From the NCBI GenBank assembly GCA_021799015.1, contig JAJZBH010000001.1, forward strand, positions 1 to 53,461: a stretch of DNA of 53,461 nt, in the 5' to 3' direction. The position numbers were made by a program, and so were the translations under genes. How positions within the stretch are numbered: position 1 is the first letter of the stretch; every line of letters starts with the position of its first letter. Origin of the DNA: Pseudomonadota bacterium. Its GTDB lineage: Bacteria > Pseudomonadota > Alphaproteobacteria > Acetobacterales > Acetobacteraceae. Positions 41,801-50,450 of the stretch are shown here, in pieces. The notes under the pieces were generated by a model. The model made no database searches, had not been told where the DNA came from, and worked only from the letters and a program-made list of their open reading frames with translations.

Positions 41801-42343
41801 AACAGCAAGATTGATGATGATGATCTCGCAGCCTACACAATGTACCCCGACGTGTACGTGGCCTATCGGGCCAATCGCCACGTATACGGTCCGGTTTCGG
41901 TCCTGCCGACGCCGGTTTTCTTCTACGGCATGCAGCCCGGTGACGAGATTGCGATCAACATCGAGTCCGGCAAGACGCTTGTCGTTCGGTTGCAGGCAGT
42001 CAGCGATACCGACCAGGAAGGCAAGGTTCGTGTCTTTTTCGAGCTCAATGGACAACCGCGGGTCGTCGTCGTTCCCAATCGCGCTGTCACGCCGGCCCAT
42101 GCATCGCACCGCAAGGCGGATGATTTGGCACCCAATGAAATCGGGGCGCCTATGCCCGGCCAAATCGCCCAGATCATGGTCAAGGAGGGTCAGGTTGTCA
42201 CGGCCGGAGAGCCGCTGCTTGCGATCGAAGCCATGAAAATGCAAACCCGCATTGCCGCCCCGCGCGACGGGACAGTCAAAGCCCTCCATGTCAAACCCGG
42301 GGAACAAATCGACGCGAAAGACCTGCTCGTGGAACTCGCTTGA
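38882..42343 (+). CDS. pyc: Pyruvate carboxylase
   Basis: Biotin carboxylase domain (ANRSEIA, HPGYGFLSEN, ERDCSIQRRHQK), carboxyltransferase domain (RDAHQSL, HVHTHD) and biotinyl motif EAMKM. Confidence 0.97.
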   Translation: MQHRIRRLLVANRSEIAIRVFRAATELGITTIGVYAEEDKLSLHRFKADEAYRIGHQPGSRRLGPIEAYLSIDEVLRVAREAAADAIHPGYGFLSENPDFAEACAAAGILFIGPTPQTMRTLGNKVSARNLAISVGVPVMPASKPLPTDGAQIQRIADEIGYPIMLKASWGGGGRGMRPIESGADLLETVATARREAKAAFGNDEVYFEKLVRHARHVEVQILGDSHGNLVHLFERDCSIQRRHQKVIERAPAPYLDPKTRSALCDAALAIGRATSYENAGTVEFLLDRDTNQFYFIEVNPRIQVEHTVTEMVTGIDIVKAQIRIAEGGHIGELAETGVPKQPDITLDGNALQCRITTEDPENNFVPDYGRISAYRGAFGFGIRLDGGTAYSGAVVTRFYDALLEKVTAWAPTPEESISRMLRAIREYRIRGVTTNLPFLEAILTHPAFAANDYTTRFIDETPELFSLPRRRDRATRLLRYIADVTVNGHPETRGKRRPSATARRPEIPLFRPKNIEGTRQLLNRLGPRGFAEWMRAQTRVLVTDTTMRDAHQSLLATRMRSYDIVAPAAAYTNALPELFSLECFGGATFDVAMRFLTESPWEHLAAVRAAIPNILLQALIRGANGVGYTSYPDNVVRFFIQRAASNGIDLFRVFDCLNWVENMRVSIDAIIESGKLAEGAICYTGDILDPERAKYSLKYYVDLAKQLEAAGCHILAIKDMSGVLKPSAASALIRALRDEISLPIHVHTHDTSGISAATVLAAVEAGADVIDAAMDPMSGLTSQPCLGSLVEAWRHTPRDSGLDPEAIRQISFYWEAVRGQYAAFESDLQSGASEVYLHEMPGGQFTNLREQARSVGLAERWHEVARTYRDVNMLFGDIVKVTPSSKVVGDLALMLVSQDLTVADVLDPNREIAFPASTIEMLRGDLGQPPGGWPEVLQKKALKGIKPYTERPGSLLPPADLAALRTEAEARVNSKIDDDDLAAYTMYPDVYVAYRANRHVYGPVSVLPTPVFFYGMQPGDEIAINIESGKTLVVRLQAVSDTDQEGKVRVFFELNGQPRVVVVPNRAVTPAHASHRKADDLAPNEIGAPMPGQIAQIMVKEGQVVTAGEPLLAIEAMKMQTRIAAPRDGTVKALHVKPGEQIDAKDLLVELA

Positions 42344-42831
42344 CGCCGGTCGCAGCGGAAAGGGCCGCTGGCACAGCCATTCCAGCGCCGTAACGCAAAA
42401 AGGAATGGCCACAAAGTTGGCGCTTGAGGAAAAGCGCCAGCTGGTGGGCTTTCCGTGGGGCTTGGGAGGGCATGGTGGTCCTGCCGTGCGCCCGAACCGC
42501 TGTGGCTACCGCCTTTTTGCTCTCTTTTTGTTGGCAAGATGCACCCGCCACCGCTGGCCACGTCCTGACGGGTCGGCTTTTCCGCTGCCATGGGCCCGCT
42601 GGGGCGACGGACGCTTTGCCCTCCGCATTGCCGCGGCAACCGCCCTTCTTACTGAAAAGCCGAACTTGAGTGTTACCGCTGATCTTGCGACGCACCTCGC
42701 CCGCGTGACAAAGCCGCCACAAAGCGCCGGCCGACGACACTTTGGGCAGGGTCACCTCCTTTCCAGACGCATGGCATGGAGATGTGAGGTCCAACGACAG
42801 AGATTTCGTCCGCCGGACCGGCAGCGCACCT

Positions 42832-44394
42832 TCAGAACGATGTGCCCATTACGAGAAACACTTGGTTACGGTCAAAATTTACAACGGATTCTTCTGAAAT
42901 CCGCTGCGTGTACCGATAATCTACGCCGAGATATAGGCTCGGGTTGAAATAATATCGCGCGCCAACCGACATGTCCGCCTCATTGTCCCATCGCGATGTC
43001 TGAACGAAATCACACCGTGCGAAAGCAAGGCGTATGAACGCCGTCAGGCTGGACCACAGATCCTGCTCCAGCCGACCGCCCACGACCGTGTAGATATACG
43101 CCGGGCTTCCCGGGAGCGTGGTCTCCTCGATTGAGCGGTCGAGAAAGAGAAGAGCAGCCGTGCGTTTAGTGGCCTGCCAGCGGACGTAACCGTCGCTGGC
43201 CACTGTCGTGATGCTCTTGAAGCGCGAGTCCGCATAAGCGCGCCCCATAACCCCGATAAAGGCCTCACCGGAAACGTTCGACGAGACGGCAAAAAGCGTA
43301 CCCAGACCGCTGCGATAGCCACCAGAATTACGGAAGTAGCCGAAATCGTCCGGGCTCTGATCATAGCGCCGGACGTCACCCAACGCCTCCACAAACGGCC
43401 GAAACGCCGGCTGGGCATCATCGCGCAGGAGCACGCCAAACGTAAAGCGATTGCGATCGCGGTCGTGGTTGTCGATCAGCCCGTGGAGCCCTTCAACGTT
43501 GCCGAACGTCAACCGCTCCACGGCACCGCCGACCCGCAGGCTAAAATTACCGAGCCGGCGAACCACACCCACATAGCTGTTCAACTCGCGATAGGGTGTC
43601 GGCGTTAACCCCTCGACGGCATCCGGCGAAAAGCGGTCCTCGTGCTCGCTCAAAGTCTGCACACCGAGAAGAATCCGTGTGCTGCGACTCGCGTCGATAT
43701 GCCCCTCGGCTCCCAGGTGCCAGTCGATCATATTCTCGCTTCCATGAGTCCAGTAACCGGAAAGATCTGTTCCTGCGTTCACCTGAAGCGAGCTATGGGC
43801 CCAGTTTGACTCGGCAATTATGTTCGGGGAGATCGTGCCCACAACGTCCGATACGCGCCCCGTGCGTGTCGCATAAATGTTGCTGTCATAAAATGAACCG
43901 GCCTGCAGCGTCGGGTAGAGCGTGAACGATCCGACCTTGTACCCCGGCCCGCCGATGTCCGGGGGTTGCGTCGCGCCGGTGCCGATCGTGCGTGGTATTG
44001 GCGATGGCATAACGCGGATGTCTGTCACGATGAACTGTTCGAGAGCCCCGTCAACGGCGATCCGCACCGCCTGACGTTGCGCCAAAGGGGCGGCTCTGAC
44101 AATTCGATCAGCAATTTCCCGATAGACTGGCAGATTTGCACCCTCGAAATCCGGTACCGGCGCTGCCGCAGCGGCCGCCAGCGCTGCTGCCGAAGCCGGC
44201 GTTGCTGCGAGTGCCGGTTTCGACGCCAAAAGCTGGGAAAGCCCGTCGAGCAAGGCACGCGGACCATTTTCCGCCGTCGCCTCGAGGCGCCGGTCAACAC
44301 CGCTGCTCAGTGTCGCCGCGATCGCAGCCACCGGCATCAGTCCTGCGGCCAAGGCAAACAACAATCCGAAAAACCGGGACGGGATCAGTGGCAT
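42832..44394 (-). CDS. Outer-membrane beta-barrel protein (beta-barrel porin-2-like) with an extra N-terminal helical domain
   Basis: GGAGG RBS before the ATG at 44394, signal peptide, barrel starting at GSFTLYP...YDSNIYAT, amphipathic strands, C-terminal FDRNQVFLVMGTSF. Confidence 0.8.
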   Translation of the reverse strand: MPLIPSRFFGLLFALAAGLMPVAAIAATLSSGVDRRLEATAENGPRALLDGLSQLLASKPALAATPASAAALAAAAAAPVPDFEGANLPVYREIADRIVRAAPLAQRQAVRIAVDGALEQFIVTDIRVMPSPIPRTIGTGATQPPDIGGPGYKVGSFTLYPTLQAGSFYDSNIYATRTGRVSDVVGTISPNIIAESNWAHSSLQVNAGTDLSGYWTHGSENMIDWHLGAEGHIDASRSTRILLGVQTLSEHEDRFSPDAVEGLTPTPYRELNSYVGVVRRLGNFSLRVGGAVERLTFGNVEGLHGLIDNHDRDRNRFTFGVLLRDDAQPAFRPFVEALGDVRRYDQSPDDFGYFRNSGGYRSGLGTLFAVSSNVSGEAFIGVMGRAYADSRFKSITTVASDGYVRWQATKRTAALLFLDRSIEETTLPGSPAYIYTVVGGRLEQDLWSSLTAFIRLAFARCDFVQTSRWDNEADMSVGARYYFNPSLYLGVDYRYTQRISEESVVNFDRNQVFLVMGTSF

Positions 44395-44446
44395 CGGACA
44401 AACCTCCGGAACCCCGTTACACTTCGCGAAATTGCTTAACGCCGCT

Positions 44447-44460
44447 TTGATCAAAATCAA
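44447..44460 (-). promoter_or_regulatory. FNR/FixK box upstream of the beta-barrel gene
   Basis: Perfect TTGAT-CAAA-ATCAA, centred about 60 nt upstream of the ATG at 44394. Confidence 0.75.
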
Positions 44461-45179
44461 AAGAAAAAGTTTGCTCGCGCCTCGCCAACCCGGGGATCCA
44501 GCCGTTAAGGCGCTCTCTCACATCCGTCAGAGACTGGTTCAGTATTGATCAGGATGGGAACACCGACTGTGCGCCGGCGCGGATGCACCAGTGCGTCGAA
44601 TACTGCCGTTTATCCTCGTTATCTGTGCAAGGCATACCGTTTCAAGCGGTAATTCTTCCCCATCGACGATGCCGGGTTCCGGCGAAGAGGCACAGAGCAA
44701 CTTCAGCCACTGGCAGAAGGGTACTCCGTCCAAAATTACTGATGCTTTTTGCTGATGCCTTTGCCGACATTTGGCGATATCGGTCCCCGGCTACTTCCAT
44801 CGTCCGTTCACAACACAAGCCGTCACGGCCCGCGTTCTCGCTGAAGGAAAGAAGTGGACCAGAACCTGAACATGCAATAATGTACCGGCTAGCCGGCAAT
44901 TCTTAAGAATTTCGAGAGGGCGGATTCGTTTGCTCGGATGACGCCGAAACCAGCTTCCGAACCGACACCATACATCCCCAAATCACCCCACCCGAAAGGG
45001 TCGGACAAGAACGACGGCGTCGATATTTCCACACTCACCCGTACGATCAGGAACGGAGAGTTATGAACCTGTTTCAATCAGGGAAATCGGACCGACTACA
45101 AAAATAAATGGTGCCTTTCGTGGAGCCTATTCAAGACGAACGGTGAATGGCGCATGCGTCACTTCGCCGGGTAACATCC

Positions 45180-45221
45180 TTGACATGGATCAACGACGCT
45201 TTGGCCAATGTTCTGTATCTT
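45180..45221 (+). promoter_or_regulatory. FNR/FixK box plus -10 element (class II promoter) for the three-gene operon
   Basis: TTGAC-ATGG-ATCAA at 45180-45193. Centring it at -41.5 places TATCTT (45216-45221) exactly at -12 to -7. Confidence 0.72.
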
Positions 45222-45291
45222 ACGCCAAATCGCGAAGACCGCCACGCGCCGGCCGTTTGCTGGCATTGCTGTTGGGTCTGATGTTGTTGTC

Positions 45292-45804
45292 ATGCTTGGA
45301 AAAAAACGCGGCGCATCTATCACGGTTGTTGTTGGCCTCGTGGTCGCGGCGCTGGCGTGGCCTGATTCGATCCTGGCCCAGGCCACTTTGCAGCACAACT
45401 CCGCGTCGAGTCGGCAGGCGCTGTTTGGACGCTCATGGTGTGGCGACTATAAATTAGGTAATCTCACGGCCCGTCAGCGCCTTCAGGGAAAAAACCTGGC
45501 ACGTCTTCAGGCGGTGGAAGCACGGCTGGCGCCCGGCTTGGAGCCTGCCAATACAAACGAACTCCATCTTCTCTCCAATTACCAGGAGGAGCTGGAAAAG
45601 CGGCAGCCGGATCCGGTGTTGGCCGGAACATATCTGGGGTTGGCAAGTTCGTTGCCGATTACGCAACCGCTCTATCGTGATGTTAACAAGCTACTCTGCG
45701 TCAGCACGACCCACGCTCTCGGAAGCGCGATCCGCGCCGCTGCCGAAGCGGCGCGCAGGCCGGATAACGCGGCGTCAACTACAAACGGGAAAATCCACCA
45801 ATGA
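45292..45804 (+). CDS. Exported hypothetical protein (170 aa)
   Basis: Sec-type signal MLGKKRGASITVVVGLVVAALAWPDSILA|Q; two Cys; ATGA overlap with the next gene. The ORF-track start at 45208 would fall inside the predicted promoter. Confidence 0.7.
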   Translation: MLGKKRGASITVVVGLVVAALAWPDSILAQATLQHNSASSRQALFGRSWCGDYKLGNLTARQRLQGKNLARLQAVEARLAPGLEPANTNELHLLSNYQEELEKRQPDPVLAGTYLGLASSLPITQPLYRDVNKLLCVSTTHALGSAIRAAAEAARRPDNAASTTNGKIHQ

Positions 45805-46340
45805 AAAGCCGTTTCGCCTTGACGACAGGGTCAGTCGACGTCGGGCGCAGGTGCTTCGTTAGAGTCTTGGGCGCTTTTTCGCTGCTGCTGGTGCTGCCTG
45901 GTGCCAGCTTTGCACAGGAGCACAGCGGCGGCGAGTCAGGCGCGCACGGCGAGGGAGAGGCGGGTGCCGGCGCCGGGCACGGGAATGGCGCCGGAGAAGG
46001 GCACGGTGGCGGACACGGTGAGGGTGAAGGGGGCGGTGGCGGACACGGCGAGGGTGAAGCCGGCGGCGGCGGCATGGGTCAGGGCAAAACTCCTGCGCAA
46101 CGTGCCGTTCGCCACCGGCAGCGTACAGGTCGGACGATGGGCGGTGGCGAGTCCAACGGCGGGCATACAGGGACCGGCGACGCCGGAGCTGGGGAAACCA
46201 CCACGTCCACTGGATCCACGGCTCTTCCGTCCGATGGTGCAACGACAGGGCCGATTGGAGGCGACACCGGTGGCGAACACTTTGTCCACCAGGGCCAAGG
46301 GCCGTGGGGCGCTGACACGAAGGTCCTTCGGCGCAAATGA
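45801..46340 (+). CDS. Tat-exported Gly/His/Glu-rich low-complexity protein (179 aa)
   Basis: GRRCFV twin-arginine motif, hydrophobic core and SFA|Q cleavage site; HGEGE repeats; translationally coupled to the previous gene. Confidence 0.72.
   Translation: MKSRFALTTGSVDVGRRCFVRVLGAFSLLLVLPGASFAQEHSGGESGAHGEGEAGAGAGHGNGAGEGHGGGHGEGEGGGGGHGEGEAGGGGMGQGKTPAQRAVRHRQRTGRTMGGGESNGGHTGTGDAGAGETTTSTGSTALPSDGATTGPIGGDTGGEHFVHQGQGPWGADTKVLRRK
46004..46059 (+). repeat. 30-nt-period tandem repeat encoding GGGHGEGE units
   Basis: CGGTGGCGGACACGGTGAGGGTGAAG (46004-46029) and CGGTGGCGGACACGGCGAGGGTGAAG (46034-46059), one mismatch. Confidence 0.85.
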
Positions 46341-46382
46341 GCCGGTGTTCATACCTTGCAACATAAGAAAAGGAATCTGCAC

Positions 46383-47279
46383 ATGACCCAGAGAAAGAAA
46401 TCAACGTCGGCAGTTAGGCGAATCCTGTTGGGTTCTGCCGCCGTGGGCATCGCAGCCTGGATGCCGCAACCAGTGTGGTCGCCGCTTCACGGGGTTGGAT
46501 ACGCCTATGCCCAAGGCACCCAACAAGGCGGCGGCGGTTCTGCTACCCATGGCAGCGGAAGTGGCGGCGGCCACGCCCCCGGTACGGCAGGATCGGGGAT
46601 GGGCCGCGGCGGCTCAAGCGCCGTGCATGGTCACTATGGGCAAGGGGGGTCCACTGGTACCGAGACAGGTGAAACGGAACCCAGTAGCGACAAGAAGGGA
46701 CCGCGTTATGGCGGTGGGGAAACCAGCCGCCAGCCTGGGGAAGGCACGACTGGTGGCCGGCCCGTCTGGGCAAAGGAAGGAATTCCGGAAGTTGAACTCG
46801 GACGGCTGAGCGTGGCCCGTTCGCCTGCGTCGGTGCTCAATCACGCCTTCGACGAAGTGGTGAGCAACTGGTCGACAACGGGTACAACAATACTAACGCT
46901 GACGGCCGAGGGTCAGCCAACACTGACCATGACCGTGTCCGAACTTTATTCACTGCCGGCCCTCGAATTCGCTCGCATTGTGGAAACGTATTATTCCACG
47001 GTCGTGCGTATTGACTCGCCGCTTGAAAACCTTGCGCTTCTTAAGAATCTCGGACAGACGGGCACGACTCCCCTAACCGGTGTAACAATGGCCAGCTCAG
47101 ATGACATGGCCGCCATCTTGCTGGGATCAGCTTCCGATAAGGAAATTCCGATCACGACGGATACGGTTACAGCCGTATACACGATTCTTGGCATTCCAGT
47201 CCCGTCCGGAACCGAACTGACGACCGTCGCCAACGAGGCGGAGGCAGTTCGGGTCGCAATCCTGGCAGGTCACGGATAG
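46383..47279 (+). CDS. Exported hypothetical protein with Tat-like signal, Gly/His-rich linker and conserved-looking helical C-domain (298 aa)
   Basis: AAGGA RBS before the ATG at 46383; VRRILL...AYA|Q; domain GRPVWAKEGIPEVELGRLSVARSP...RIDSPLENLALL...LGSASDK...ILAGHG. Confidence 0.8.
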   Translation: MTQRKKSTSAVRRILLGSAAVGIAAWMPQPVWSPLHGVGYAYAQGTQQGGGGSATHGSGSGGGHAPGTAGSGMGRGGSSAVHGHYGQGGSTGTETGETEPSSDKKGPRYGGGETSRQPGEGTTGGRPVWAKEGIPEVELGRLSVARSPASVLNHAFDEVVSNWSTTGTTILTLTAEGQPTLTMTVSELYSLPALEFARIVETYYSTVVRIDSPLENLALLKNLGQTGTTPLTGVTMASSDDMAAILLGSASDKEIPITTDTVTAVYTILGIPVPSGTELTTVANEAEAVRVAILAGHG

Positions 47280-47573
47280 TGCCAGTGGCTAGGCGGCGTT
47301 CGGCTTCATGGGGTTCAAAGCGATCGGTAGTCAGGGACGTCAAGCCGCCGGCGCCCCGCTGTCGATCCGGCAAGGTCCTCTGCCGCCCCGCGGCATAGCC
47401 GTTTCCTGACCTTTGCCGGCGTACCATCCGCCGCCATTCTGTTACAGCTGCGCATCCTGTGATGCTGACGTTGCAATCCCGGAACCTCCTGATAACAGGT
47501 CGTCCAGAACACTGGGGATGGCGGAGCCTGTCATGATAACGCCACGTTATCAGCACAACCACTGCTAACACGC

Positions 47574-47984
47574 CTAGTCCCGCCACATGTCGTTTTTCAT
47601 CATCAAGGCCAGAACGGCGCCCGTTATCGGTCGCAAAATCAGGAGCTGAAGCCCTATTGCAGCAGGAACAAAGATCTCGATGGACCGGGCATATCCGAGG
47701 TGTCCTCCGCGATCCGCGACGATCAGCCCCAAACCGATTACCGCGAGGCCTATACTGATCGAAAGATATGCAGGCAGCGTGCCACAAGGCACTCTCCCCA
47801 GTTCCGCCCCGCAGAGCGGACATCGTTCCCGTATCCGGTAAAATCCTCCAAAAGCCGACGCCCTGCCGCACGATGGGCACCGCATTCGGACACCGCGCCA
47901 AAGTGCCACTCCCCACCCTGGCATGCTGAAATGCGGCGGCAGAGGGTCCCTCCGCGGCCGCCAAATCTCACGCTTTGCGTTCAC
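47574..47984 (-). CDS. DUF983 domain-containing membrane protein
   Basis: RCPSCG...F.GF....RCPLCG zinc-ribbon-like motif, PAY, two TM helices; start overlaps the eda 3' end. Confidence 0.78.
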   Translation of the reverse strand: MNAKREIWRPRRDPLPPHFSMPGWGVALWRGVRMRCPSCGRASAFGGFYRIRERCPLCGAELGRVPCGTLPAYLSISIGLAVIGLGLIVADRGGHLGYARSIEIFVPAAIGLQLLILRPITGAVLALMMKNDMWRD

Positions 47985-48621
47985 GAACGCGTAAGCCGGC
48001 CGCAGCTGAAGCCAGGTGGGTGATTCCAGAAAAATCTCGGGATTGCAGCATTGTTTCGGGCGCTACCCAGGACCCACCGACGCAAATCACGTTGGGCAGG
48101 CTCAAATAACGAAATGCACTTTGTGCGGTAACCCCCCCTGTCGGGCAGAACCGCACCGCCGGAATTGGCGACGCCATCGCCTGCACCATCGCGATTCCTC
48201 CTGCAGCCTCCGCCGGAAAGAATTTCTGCAACCGATACCCGCGCTCCAGCAGCGACAGCACTTCTGTTGGGGTCATCGCACCTGGCAGCAGTGGCACTGC
48301 GCTCGCTTCTGCAGCGTCGAGCAGTGCAGGGCTGGCTCCGGGCGCCACGCAAAATCTGGCGCCCGACGTTGCCGCCAGTGCATATTGCGCTGGCGTCAGG
48401 ACCGTCCCCGCCCCAACGGCAATTTCCGGGATGGTTTTCGCGATCGTCTTGATGGCTTCAATCGCCGCCGCGGTCCGCAGGGTCACCTCAATCGCCGAAA
48501 TTCCGCCGGCCAGCAGCGCCCGTGCCAATTCAACCGCCAGATCAGGATCCTCAATAGTGACAACGGGAATCACCGGATTGGCGTCCAGCACCGTTTGCAA
48601 GACTCTGTTCTGGTCCCTCAT
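47968..48621 (-). CDS. eda: 2-keto-3-deoxy-6-phosphogluconate aldolase
   Basis: IEVTLRT, VGAGTVL, KFFPAE, FCPTGGV and CVGGSW. Confidence 0.95.
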   Translation of the reverse strand: MRDQNRVLQTVLDANPVIPVVTIEDPDLAVELARALLAGGISAIEVTLRTAAAIEAIKTIAKTIPEIAVGAGTVLTPAQYALAATSGARFCVAPGASPALLDAAEASAVPLLPGAMTPTEVLSLLERGYRLQKFFPAEAAGGIAMVQAMASPIPAVRFCPTGGVTAQSAFRYLSLPNVICVGGSWVAPETMLQSRDFSGITHLASAAAGLRVRERKA

Positions 48622-50426
48622 GTGAAGACGCTCGCCCCTCGGTCAGCCGCTGAAACATTCCGTCGGAAGCAGGAAAACAGTTCCCGCCCCGTCCCAAACT
48701 CGTTCGCCGCAAGATCCACGTCCGCAGAGTCCCGCGCGGAAAATTCCGCCGCGTCCACCAGGACCGTCAGCGTGTTCGCTTCCGTATCCAACCGAACGAC
48801 ATCTCCATCGCGGATTTTGCCGATCCCTCCACCGCACGCGGCTTCTGGCGTAACATGGATCGCAGCCGGAACCTTGCCGGATGCACCTGACATCCTCCCA
48901 TCCGTCACCAAGGCAACGGCAAATCCAAGATTCTGTAAAACGCCCAGCGGTGGCATCAACTTGTGCAACTCCGGCATCCCGTTTGCCACCGGTCCCTGAT
49001 GCGTCACCACCACGACGACGTCGCGATGCAACTTTCCTGCCTTGAATGCCGCAAGAAAGCTCTCCTGGTTACGGAATACCAACGCGGGCGCCTCGACAAC
49101 TCGGCTTTTTGCAACGATCGCGGAAACTTTCGTAACCGCACGGCCCACATTGCCTGCCAGAATCCGGATTCCTCCGTTTGGGCAAAACGGGGCGTCGACG
49201 CTCCGCAGAATCGTCATATCCGAACTCTCGGTTGCGACATCATGCCAAACCAGGTTCCTGCCAGCCATCCGCGGGCGTGCCCGATAGGCTGCCAGGCCCT
49301 GCCCCCATACCGTCCGCACGTCGTCATGCAGCAGGCCATGATCAAGCAGCGACCCGATCAATACGGGCATTCCACCAGCATCCTCGAAGCCGTTCACGTC
49401 AGCCGTTCCGTTCGGATAAATCCGGGCGAGAAGCGGCACAACATCGGAAAGATCTGCAAAGTCGTGCCAGTCGACCTGGATACCCGCTGCTCGAGCCATC
49501 GCAGTCAAGTGAATTGTATGGTTGGTGGAACCACCGGTTGCCAGCAAGCCGACGATACCGTTGACAATCGCGCGCTCGTCTACAATTTCACCGATAGGCG
49601 TTAACCCGTTTCTCCTATCCGTTATCTGCAGTATCCGACGGGCAGCCGCTTCTGTTAGAGCGTCGCGCAGCTCGGTATCTGGATGCACAAATGAGCCGCC
49701 GGGAAGTTGCAATCCCATGATTTCCATTAACATCTGGTTGGAGTTAGCGGTGCCGTAGAAAGTACACGTTCCCGCTCCATGATACGCTGCGGACTCGGCC
49801 GCCAGCAATGTTGCCCGATCAACCTTACCCTCGGCATGCATCTCGCGAATTCTGGATTTTTCAGAATTCGACAGCCCTGACGGCATCGGACCGGCCGGAA
49901 CGAAAATGCCCGGAAGGTGGCCGAACGACAATGCAGCGATCAACAGCCCAGGTACGATCTTGTCACACACGCCCAAAAACAGCGCGCCATCAAAAACGTC
50001 GTGCGAAAGGGCAACGGCTGTCGCCATGGCAATAACATCGCGAGAAAAGAGCGAAAGTTCCATTCCCGCCCGACCCTGGGTAACACCGTCGCACATGGCC
50101 GGGACACCACCGGCGACCTGGGCAACTCCTCCAGCTGCCGCGACAGCCGCCTTGATCAGATCGGGATACCTGGCGTAAGGCCGATGCGCTGAAAGCATAT
50201 CGTTATAAGATGTGACAATCGCAATGTTGGCCACATCATCTCCGCCCAGCAGGGTCTTTTCTTGAGTCGAACACGCCGCTATTGCATGCGCCAGGTTCGC
50301 GCAGCCGAGCTGACTGCGGCGCATCGACCCCGCCCTCGCGTGTATGGCCTCAAGATAGCGCCCCCGCGTTTCAGCACTTCGTGCAGCAATCCGATCCGTG
50401 ACCGCCCGAATCTGTCGATGACCCAT
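48618..50426 (-). CDS. edd: 6-phosphogluconate dehydratase
   Basis: [43 protein letters not shown] and [10 protein letters not shown]. Confidence 0.96.
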   Translation of the reverse strand: MGHRQIRAVTDRIAARSAETRGRYLEAIHARAGSMRRSQLGCANLAHAIAACSTQEKTLLGGDDVANIAIVTSYNDMLSAHRPYARYPDLIKAAVAAAGGVAQVAGGVPAMCDGVTQGRAGMELSLFSRDVIAMATAVALSHDVFDGALFLGVCDKIVPGLLIAALSFGHLPGIFVPAGPMPSGLSNSEKSRIREMHAEGKVDRATLLAAESAAYHGAGTCTFYGTANSNQMLMEIMGLQLPGGSFVHPDTELRDALTEAAARRILQITDRRNGLTPIGEIVDERAIVNGIVGLLATGGSTNHTIHLTAMARAAGIQVDWHDFADLSDVVPLLARIYPNGTADVNGFEDAGGMPVLIGSLLDHGLLHDDVRTVWGQGLAAYRARPRMAGRNLVWHDVATESSDMTILRSVDAPFCPNGGIRILAGNVGRAVTKVSAIVAKSRVVEAPALVFRNQESFLAAFKAGKLHRDVVVVVTHQGPVANGMPELHKLMPPLGVLQNLGFAVALVTDGRMSGASGKVPAAIHVTPEAACGGGIGKIRDGDVVRLDTEANTLTVLVDAAEFSARDSADVDLAANEFGTGRELFSCFRRNVSAADRGASVFT

Positions 50427-50450
50427 GTTGATCTTTCACTCCGCACGCAT

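Noticed and set aside
42252-42947. 231-aa ORF after pyc
   Set aside because: It overlaps pyc and the barrel gene, has Arg/Pro-rich non-protein-like composition and no motif.
44539-45077. Short ORFs between the two FNR boxes as a regulator or pseudogene
   Set aside because: No recognisable domain or RBS in any frame I translated.
46004-46059. CRISPR-like repeat
   Set aside because: Only two adjacent in-frame coding copies, no spacers and no cas genes.
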